A stretch of DNA of 64,000 nucleotides. It comes from Takakia lepidozioides (Eukaryota > Plantae > Bryophyta). Each line of letters starts with the position of its first letter. Position 1 is the first letter of the stretch. The stretch lies in the NCBI GenBank assembly GCA_030704615.1, contig CM060734.1, positions 59,458,001-59,522,000 of the forward strand, read 5' to 3'. Positions 1 through 8,960 of this stretch are shown piece after piece. The notes beneath the pieces are model-generated. The model worked only from the letters and a program-made list of their open reading frames with translations. It ran no database searches and was not told where the DNA came from. The position numbers and the translations under genes are program-made.

Positions 1-122
1 GCGGTGGATGCAAGTACATGTGTAGGCTATGTTAGGAACTTAGTATTCCAAACCATGAGCCGCAACAGGTTCTCTACCCGGTTACCTTGTGGAGAGGGGG
101 TTAGGGACATGTTCATGACCGG

Positions 123-1450
123 TTGAGTGTCAACACGGAGGTGCCACTAGTTGCTGGGGACAGTGCCGGTTCGAGCACTAGCGATACTAGTGGGTACACG
201 AGACGAGGTATGCGGTTTAGGCCACCTTCACCTCCTGTGTCTTCTACGAAAGGTTCTGATTCGGATTGTGAATCAGGAGGACTCATACCGGCGGTGCAAG
301 TTGTTTCTTTGCCATTGTTGTGGGACACAATGGAGGAGATGTATGGAGCTACCAAGGGGCCACGAAGGTACTCTGGGGCGGTGGGCACCATCGAGTTGGA
401 TGATTTTATCCAAGAGTTTGATAGTTGGTGTGATTTGCAGCAAATGCGCAGTCCACAACTATTTACGTCTTTCATGGCATGGAAGGGGATGTTTCAGCAC
501 CTTGAGGGGCCGCCTATGGATGGTTACCACGAGTTCAGGCGGGGGCATGAGGTTGAGATCGAGGAGTGGAGGATGTACTGGTCACCCGACTATGTCTCCA
601 TCACTAGGGGCACTAGAGCCACGAGGGCAGTGGCTACACTTGCCGCTGCACCGGCAGCTTCAGCAAGTAGCAGTGGGACTAGTGGGACTGGTGGTACAGT
701 AGCTACGACGTCCACCCAAGCCACTACCGCACCAACACTAGCACCCGTGCCTGCCTTCAACCCTGTTGTGGAGTTCTTCGAAGAGTTGAGAGGGAACTAC
801 CAAGGGGTGAGGACAGAGAAGTTGCGGAGCTTGCAAGAGTTCCAACGGAAGCCGACCGAGAGCTTGAGGGAGGCTTTCACTTGCATGAGGCACTTGATAA
901 ATGTAACCCAAGGGGTTACGGAAGCTCAGGCAGTCCAATTCTGGTATGGGATATTGGACAAGGAGCTGAGGAGAAGGGTGCGGGATGCAACTCTCCTATA
1001 AGCGGCCCAACCCACCTTAGCAAATGTGTTTTTGCTGGCAGAGCGGATAGAGCTCAACATGGTGGAGGAACGAGTGGTCATGATCGGATTTGCTAAGGAG
1101 ACACCACGGGGTAGTGGTGCTCCTAGCCAACCACTACCTCAACGTGCTCAAGGCAACAAGGGGGCTCAGGTGAAGCTCAGGGAAGGGCAGAGAGGACCTC
1201 AGATGCAGGGGTCTCTCCTTCATTTGCTGGCCAACAACGGGCAGATGTGGTGTGCTGGACATGTGGAGGACCCCATGTCAAGAAGGATTGCCCAGAGGGA
1301 GGCAAAGGGCCGGCACATGCACAGCCTGCACAGTTGCAGTGTGGGCATTGTGGCAAGCACTGGCATGGAGAGGCCCAGTGTTATGGTTTGCATCCTGAGT
1401 TGCGCCTAGGCCAGTTCCAAGGGAACAATGGTGACCGGGGGCGAGGTGGA
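123..1450 (+). pseudogene. gag with two zinc-knuckle-like motifs (stop at 999-1001, frameshift near 1250)
   Basis: ORFs 123-1001, 1026-1409 and 1247-; CWTCGGPHVKKDC and CGHCGKHWHGEAQC followed by an RGG-rich tract. Confidence 0.8.
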
Positions 1451-2319
1451 GCAGCCCAGAGAGGACGAGGTGGCCAGCCACGAGGTGCAGGCCAAGGGCA
1501 AGCTCAACATGGCCAAGGACGCGGAGGTCAGGGTGTTGACCAAGGCATGGCCAACCGGCTTCAGCAGCTAGAGCAGAGGCTCACTGCAATGGCTACAGCT
1601 CAGGTGGTACCGGCTCTAAGGCCGGATGGTCCACCTCCTGCTCCTGAGGGAGGAGATATGGGAGGCATGGGATTCATGTGTGGAGCAACACTACCACTAG
1701 TGCAGGTGGAGTTTGTTGCAGCCGTGACTCGAGGAGCAGCACGAGTTCCTGAGCCACGAGGTGCAGAGGTGGAGTTGGATCCACAGCGTGGGGAGGCAAG
1801 CCGTCAGGCTAGGCTTCCTCAGTCATTCACATTGGCGGAGACAGTGTCGACGCCATCCATGGCACCTAGTTCTCGCCCGACTGTTATCGAGGCGGAGGTT
1901 ACTATGCCATTGGGGAGAGCTACACGGGTAGCACCACTACCTAGTGTTGCCAAGGCTACGGCAGCTAGTGTGCTACTAGGAGCGGCCACATCTGTGTGCC
2001 AGGCTCTATTGTTCTTGGCTACCATGATTGCGACGCCGGGGGTAAGACCAGCTGAGGTGTTCAGGCTGGCAGCTACATTCTGTGAGAGTGGGGAGGTTAC
2101 TTCATCTTCTGCGGAGATAGTGGGAGGTGTAGTGCCGGAGGGATCCTCGGATTTGAGGATCAAGACTGCCACGGCGGCGCCATGGCAAGCTGCAGCTGCC
2201 AGGTTGATGGAGCTGTTAGCTAGGCCAGCCATTGAGCGCGCCATGGTGACACCTGGAGTTGTCATGTTAGACAACCAGGATGGCATTTTCTGTTTGAGTG
2301 GACCGGCAGGCAAGAGGTA

Positions 2320-2640
2320 CCGGCCACTGTGGGTCTTGTTGGACTCGGGAGCTCAGCCACTGATGCTGGGCAGAGCTACTATTGCAGGCTTGGGCCTCAC
2401 GGAGGCGGATATGGAGCATTGTCCTTTCCAGATACAGACGTCTCTGGGAGGATCGGAACAGGCTCGGGGCATGACACGACGTGAGTTGGCTATCAGACTA
2501 CGGCCGGATCACCCTACAGATGGCTCAGTGATGCGAGCCAAGGCCATTGTGACAGACGCGGTCTCATACGATGTCCTGGTTGGTGGGGCAGTGTTGTACC
2601 CCATGGGCTTCACCCTGGATTTTCGGGAGGAGTCAGCTTC
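2320..2640 (+). pseudogene. Retroviral-type aspartic protease domain
   Basis: VLLDSGAQP active-site motif and downstream YDVLVGG. Confidence 0.85.
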
Positions 2641-3039
2641 CTATAGGCCTGCATGGCAGTCAGGGGAGGGCCGGCGTGTGCAGCTCCTGTGACGTTCATA
2701 GGAGGAGTTGCGGTTGCCCAGCGAGGCAAGATGCCGACACTAGCAGCATTCACAACGGCAGTGAGTTGGCCTAGAGAGTTGCTTGAGGGCAACGCTCATT
2801 CAGAGAATGTACCACCTCCCCTAGAGCAGGATGACATGTATGGTATGGCGGAGTTGCCTACCATGGTTGCTCAGACTCCATTGTGGGGCACGAGCAAGGA
2901 TTTGCAGCGGGATGCTGATCGACGGGTGCAACAAGCCTGGGTGGAGGCTTTTGTACCGTCAGGAGAGGAGGAGAGTGCGGGGATTGCACCAGGACCACCT
3001 CAGTTGTCTCCATTGGACACCACACCTATTGTGTGGCAG

Positions 3040-4010
3040 TATCTGGATGAAGGCATTTGTCTTCTGGACTTGTTTGGCGGGATCAGCACCGGATTGGCTG
3101 CTGTGTTACAGGCAGGTGTACGAGTTCGGCGTTACCTATATGTGGAGAGGGATGAGACTGCACAACGCGTTTCACTTCGCCATGTTGCTCAGTTGGTGTA
3201 GCGGTACCCTGAGTTATTGTCGGTGTCTGCAATTCGTGGATATCAGCAGGCCTTGCCAGCGGACATTTCGTTGCTGGGGGCGCAGGATTTGGAGCGGGTT
3301 GGCTCCATTGATCTGGTAGTGGCAGGTTGGCCCTGCCAAGGGCATTCATCAACCGGGCATGGCAATGGATTGCGAGACTCGAGGTCGGGTCTGTTTTGGG
3401 AGATGGTGCGGGTTTTGCTCCACTTGCAGCTTCATCAAGCTGTATCTCTAGCATACATCTTGGAGAATTGTGCCACTGATGGGCGATTCTTGGGCCAGGG
3501 TGATGGCCAGTGTGCATCAAGTCCAGTCGTGGCTTGGGTCAGCAGTGTTGCTAGATGCAGCTACAGTGGGGTTACGGGCTCATCGTCCACGACTATGGTG
3601 GACTAACTTGATGCCACCCGCACTGCTCAAGCGTGCATTTGATGGGGTGCAGCGGCCAGCACATCTCACAGTGGATAGCATTCTGGACACAGGGAGGCAG
3701 TCTCAGCGTGTGAGACACGATGACCGTTCGCCTTTGGCAGTGGTCAACAAGGTGGGTCAACCACGAGCAGCATTACCTACACTGCTTAGCTTCCCAGGAT
3801 CGCATGCTTTCCGGGATAGTGGACCTGGCCTCCTGTGGGATGCTCAGTTGCAATAGTTAGTGGAGCCTAATGCTGACGAGCGTGAGCGGGCAATGGGTTT
3901 TACCACAGGTACCACGGCGGTGTCGTCTCTTTCTGAGGCATCACGTCGTCAAGTGTTGGGGCACGCAATGGATCTCAATTGCTTGACCTGGATTATCAGC
4001 TTGGCTCTGG
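3040..4010 (+). pseudogene. DNMT3-like DNA (cytosine-5) methyltransferase domain inside the retrotransposon polyprotein
   Basis: Motif I LLDLFGGISTG (~3061-3093); YVERD; motif IV IDLVVAGWPCQG (PC at 3331-3336); SGLFWEMVRVL; motif VI YILEN(V) with +1 frameshift near 3469; motif VIII LDAATVG..AHRPRLWWTNL; motifs IX/X ERERAMGF..RRQVLGHAM; in-frame stops at 3199 and 3854. Confidence 0.92.
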
Positions 4011-4439
4011 CTGAGCAACGCAGAGTGCGGAGTACACTTCCCTCGATGGTCTCTCTGCCTACCGAGACGGTACAGGCAGTGAGTGGGGGCGAGCCGGTGA
4101 GGACCACAGGGCGTGGTCATCCATGGCACACGTGGGAGGTGCTCGAGGTTCAGAGGGAGTTGGCAGCCAAGGCGGCTGTGATAGATGAGGTTGGGGATTC
4201 TTCTCGGGTTGAGGAGGTCCTCAATGATGAGATGATGGGGCAGGATGAGGTCTTGTCATTGACTGAGCAGGCAGGGAGTACTGCTCAAGAGGTTGCAGCA
4301 TAGCAACCACGGGACGCGTCCTCTACCTCTAAGCCCATTGGACTTAAGGTTGCAGTTACGGAGGACAATTGGGAGCCTGACATTGGACCCATTGTCACCG
4401 GAGGAGAGAGACGACGTATACGGCGGTTCCTGAGGGCTT

Positions 4440-6400
4440 ACATGAATTGCTTTGCCTTCAGTTTGAAGGACTTGGGAGCACTGAAGGGTCAAGAGATCCG
4501 TATTGAGTTGGCCACTGACACGCCAATCTTTTGGAGACCCTATAGATATAGTGACATGGAGAGGTCTTTGATTCAGATGAGGACTCAAGATCTCTGGGAG
4601 GCAGGTTTGGTGGAGCTCTCTGGTGGAGAGTATGTTTCAGCCACAGTGATGCCAGCCAAGAAGGATGTCTATGGCAATTGGACGGAGAGACGTATGTGCG
4701 GTGATTACTGGCCTGTAAATCGTCAGACCAAGTCCGATAAGTATGCCATGCCAACACCAGAGGAGATCTTTGATGCCATTGGGCATGCTAAGGTCTTTAG
4801 CACTTTGGATTTACGATCCGGATATCACTAGTTGCCAATCAAGGAGGCGGACAAGCAGAAGACGACATTCTGGGGGATCAATGAGCACGGCAAGGATTGC
4901 CTATATCAGTGGCTGTTCTTACCATTTGGGCTTAAGAATGCTCATGCAGAGTTTCAGAAAGTCATGGATAGGATTCTAGCAGAGGTGGACTTTGCTCGGT
5001 GCTACATAGATGACATCATCATCTTTAGTGTTACGATGTCGTCAGGCTGATTACCACATAGACCCCACAAAATTTGGGGGAAGAGAGGAGAGGGGGGCAG
5101 GCAGAGAGTGGAAGGGATAAATGGAGTGTGGACAGGTGGGTGGGTGGTCAATTTGTTGCGTTGACTCTGTTAGACTTGCTTGTAAACATTCCATTTGCAA
5201 ATGTATGTTAGATGTGAACAGAATGATTCGGGCATTGTATTCAAGTTGCTTTAGGATAAATAATACCAAAGTAACCTGCAGGCCTGATGGGATGAGCAAT
5301 TCAGATTCTTTGTGTTTCCTATGGATGATTGCATGGCATGTAAATCTGATTACAGCCTGTTATGGTAATGATTTCCCTACCCCGGACATAGAACTTGGTC
5401 TTGGGGCATGGAATAAGAGGTGGGAATATTACTCTACCCTGTCATTGAAATTACACGCCAGCCCCAGATCCAAAACAGATCATGGGGCAAAAAACATGGT
5501 GTCAATAAGTGACTTGATGTGCAAAGTAGGGCAGCTAATTATGACCTGTTGTATAAGCTGCCAAATATCAGTCCGTAACCCTGCTTTGGTGATGTTCTTT
5601 ATGTAAAGAAATGCTCTTATTTTGTTCTTAAGCCTTCTATGATCATACACCTTCAGGTGGTATTGGAGCACTTGAGAGCACACATATTGAAGTTGCATCC
5701 GGGGAAGTGCAAGTTTTTCCACAACCAGATTGAGTATCTGGGTCACATGATATATCCTGGAGGATTGGGGGTACAACAGACTAAGGTAGAGGCCATTGCA
5801 CAAATTCCACGCCCCACGGATGTGAGCCGAGTTCGAGCTTTCATGGGGTTGGCAAACTATTATAGACGGTTTATCAAGGGATTTAGTACCATTGTAAAGG
5901 CTCTAACCAAGCTGACCAAGGTGGACCAGGAGTGGCAGTGGGAAGATGAGCAGGAACGAGCTTTTCAAGAGCTCAAGGCGAGGTTGACCTCAGCGCCTAT
6001 CTTGAGACGACCTATCAGGGGGCGTCCCTTTCAGCTGCATACGGATTGGAGCATGCTGGGGCTTGGAGCGGTGCTCACACAGGTGGATGATGAGGGAAGA
6101 GAGTTTGTAGTGGCTTATGCTAGCCGCTCGAACAACGTTGCAGAGGCTAAGTTCAGCTCATATGAGGGAGAGTGCTTAACTGCAGTGTGGGCCGTGGCAC
6201 ACTTCAGGTGCTATCTATACGACAATCTTTTCACCCTTGTCACGGATCACCAGCCACTCAAGTGGTTGATGGAGTCAGACAAGCTTACGGGGAAGCTTGC
6301 ACGGTGGGCACTCATACTCCAGGAGTATCACTTTCAGGTTGTGCATCGACTGGGTTTGGTCAATCGGGATGCGGATGGATTGAGTCGCAATCCATGCATG
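4440..6400 (+). pseudogene. Reverse transcriptase and RNase H, interrupted by a ~620-bp foreign insertion
   Basis: RMCGDY, LDLRSGYH*, PFGLKNA, YIDDIIIFS | insertion | HLQVVLEHL..KCKF..EYLGH; RNase H LHTDWS..YEGE..VTDHQPL..ADGLSR. Confidence 0.92.
5029..5649. other. Insertion of unknown origin in RT (begins TGTTACG, can be read to end in CA; possible solo LTR)
   Basis: AT-richer, non-RT sequence between YIDDIIIFS and HLQVVLE; no TSD visible and several RT codons are missing. Confidence 0.6.
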
Positions 6401-6738
6401 AGCCAGCAGGATGACACTGGAGCTCGGTGGCATGGTGAGACGACGAGGAGATGGTGCCGGGATGGCACGCATCTGCATTTTTGTGTATCTTGGCATCGGG
6501 AGGTCAGGTTGGACCTACAACATGGATGACTGTAGACGGAGTGTCTGAGGACCCTGAGGCTAGTGATGAGCCAGGTGGTGCCAAAGATATACATGAGGAT
6601 TCGGCTGTGTTGGACTACCTCCGCACGGGAGACACGGCAGCCACTGTGACTGCCTGGGAGAGGGATCGGATCCTGCAACGAGCCAAGAGGTTCAAGTGGG
6701 AGGGGATACACCTACTTCGAGTGTAGGAGGATGGTCGG

Positions 6739-8031
6739 GTGAGGATTGTGCCTCACCCCACACAGCGTGCACGGTTAGTGCGGCATGCCCATGAGGAGTT
6801 GGGGCATTTTGGAGTGCGACGCACTCACAATTTACTGCAAGGGCAGTATTGGTGGCGTGGTATGCATACAGAGGTGCAACAGTTCGTGGCTAGGTGCATG
6901 GTGTGTGACAGGGTGCGTGTTTCATTCAACACCCCTACACCACAGTTGCATCCTTTACCAATCATGGGATTGGGCTACAGGTGGAGTCTTGACTTCGCAG
7001 GACCGTTGCCACTGACTTTGCGCCACCACAGATATGTGTTGGTGATGGTGGAGCACTTCTCCAAGTGGATTGAGTTGGTTCCATTGCCTGACAAGGCTAG
7101 TGAGGGGGATGCGTATGCATTCTTGGATCGTGTGCTTAGCCGATTTGGTGCTCCAGCTGAGGTACTCACGGACCAAGGGAGAGAGTTCTTGGGGGAGTTT
7201 CAGGCCTTGTGTGATAAAGCCTTGATAGACCACCGCACCACTTCTCGGGAACATCCTGAGGCCGATGGCTTAGCAGAGAGAGTTGTTCAGACGGTGAAGA
7301 GGGATTTGTGCAAGTATGGCTTGCAGAAGGGACACCTAGGAGATTGGGATCTTCAGGTTCCTTGGTTAGCCATGGGCTACAGTTTCAGCAAACAAGCATC
7401 ACTTGCCTCCTTCTCACCATATTTCCTTCTCTTTGGCCGAGAGCCGGATTTGCCTGCAGCCATTTGTAGGGACACTGCTCAAGTCCTTAACCTTGACGAT
7501 CTAGACGTGTGGGTACGTGCATGTGATCAGCGTGCAGAGTTGTTCAAGAAAGTCATGCCCATGGCTTTTGAGAACCTTGCCATTGCACATCACCGTGATA
7601 CGTTGAGGTATGCCACTATACGTGGTGGAGGATATCGTCCTGGGGTTCGGAGGTTTAGCCCTGGTGACTATGTTTATTTGCAGCAGACTGCTCCTACGAC
7701 TCTGGATGTTGCTACAGGGCGTGTTATTCTGAGGGTTCGAGAGGTGTTGCCCTCAGGGGTCCTGATCTTGGAGGGTCGGGATGGCATGACTTGGAAGGAC
7801 CATGTGCGTAATTGTGCGCCATGTCACCTTCCCAATGTCGATGGTAGAGTTGACCCAAACTTGGCAGTGGTACCTGCAGGTTTGAGGTGCATGCTCTGTG
7901 GGTGTGCCAAAGGGGCAGCCACCATGGTGGTGTGTGATCGATGCTCAAGGGGTTGGCATATGGGATGCTTGACACCACCTCTTGAGAAGGTTCCTGACGG
8001 AGATTGGTTGTGTCCACACTGCTTGGGATAG
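6739..8031 (+). CDS. Integrase with C-terminal PHD finger (intact segment of the polyprotein)
   Basis: HHCC zinc finger, DDE core, and C4HC3 PHD CMLCGC..VVCDRCSRGWHMGCLTPPL..PDGDWLCPHC at ~7885-8022. Confidence 0.93.
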   Translation: MRIVPHPTQRARLVRHAHEELGHFGVRRTHNLLQGQYWWRGMHTEVQQFVARCMVCDRVRVSFNTPTPQLHPLPIMGLGYRWSLDFAGPLPLTLRHHRYVLVMVEHFSKWIELVPLPDKASEGDAYAFLDRVLSRFGAPAEVLTDQGREFLGEFQALCDKALIDHRTTSREHPEADGLAERVVQTVKRDLCKYGLQKGHLGDWDLQVPWLAMGYSFSKQASLASFSPYFLLFGREPDLPAAICRDTAQVLNLDDLDVWVRACDQRAELFKKVMPMAFENLAIAHHRDTLRYATIRGGGYRPGVRRFSPGDYVYLQQTAPTTLDVATGRVILRVREVLPSGVLILEGRDGMTWKDHVRNCAPCHLPNVDGRVDPNLAVVPAGLRCMLCGCAKGAATMVVCDRCSRGWHMGCLTPPLEKVPDGDWLCPHCLG

Positions 8032-8291
8032 TGGCAGTGGACATGACTGGAGGCAGCTAACAAGACATGGGAGGCCAAGCTCATAGGAGTCAATACATGA
8101 GATCCCAAGCTCAAGTTCACAGGTTGCAAGACGGCGACTAACGATGGGGCAACTCTTGCACCCGGCCTCTTGATCTATCGAGTTTGAGTGTAGTAGGGAT
8201 AGTGGTGGAGGACTTAGTGAGGCTATGGTCACTATCACATCTTGTGGCTACCTGGACTTAGAGGGACCTAAGCACCAGCTAGGGGGGCGAT

Positions 8292-8796
8292 TGTGTGGAC
8301 TAGTGACTACCATAGTGGGCAGCATAGTGGCAGCCTAGTGACTGGCTAGTTGTAGCCTAGTGGTTGGACTAGTGGTGGACTAGTGGTATACTAGTGTGTG
8401 GTGTGCACATGTGTTGTGTGGTTTTGGACAGCGATGTAGTTGTGTAGCGATATGTATGCGCACGACTGCTGTCAAGTTATTTTACCACTAGTGTAAAACT
8501 AGCTAGGAAATAGCTAGTTTTTACATATTGACATTTGGGATTGGCCCAAGTGTCAATCCAGGGGTCAAGGCAGATTTAGGCCCTGGAGTGGTTATCTTCA
8601 CGGCAAGCGTGGGAGGCTCATCTTTCTCGAGTTGAGCCTCACCGCGCCTAGCTATGGCGCCGTAGTGTGGATTCCCCATGGGGTGGGATGCACTTGGCTT
8701 GACTTGTATTTGAGTGATGAGGTTATATATGCATGAATTTATGCTTCAGCTTTGTGAGCTCGCATGAGCTTGTGCTTGTATTCTTCTTCTTTATCA
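8292..8796 (+). repeat. 3' LTR of the DNMT-gypsy element (~505 bp)
   Basis: Follows AGGGGGGCGAT; begins TGTGTGGAC and ends TTATCA; its start is repeated at 8798. Confidence 0.75.
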
Positions 8797-8797
8797 T

Positions 8798-8960
8798 TGT
8801 GTGGACTAGTGACTGCCATAGTGGGCAGCATAGTGGCAGCCTAGTGACTAGCTAGTTGTAGCCTAGTGGTTGGACTAGTGGTATACTAGTGTGTGGTGTG
8901 CATATGTGTTGTGTGGTTTTGGACAGCGATGTAGTTGTGTAGCGATATATATGCGCACGA
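8798..8960 (+). repeat. Second, truncated tandem copy of the LTR 5' part
   Basis: Near-identical to 8292-8465 (TGTGTGGACTAGTGACT...ATGCGCACGA). Confidence 0.9.

Larger units (their letters stand above)
1..8960 (+). mobile_element. Ty3/gypsy LTR retrotransposon (5' LTR outside window) with gag-PR-DNMT-RT-RNaseH-INT-PHD polyprotein, degenerate
   Basis: Ordered domains across broken ORFs: gag (123-1001), zinc knuckles CWTCGGPH/CGHCGKH, protease LLDSGA, C5-MTase, RT (LDLRSGYH, YIDDII), RNase H (LHTDWS, VTDHQPL), integrase (HAHEELGHFG..CMVC, SLDFAGP, TDQGREF), PHD; purine tract at 8281-8290 followed by TG..CA LTR. Confidence 0.95.
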
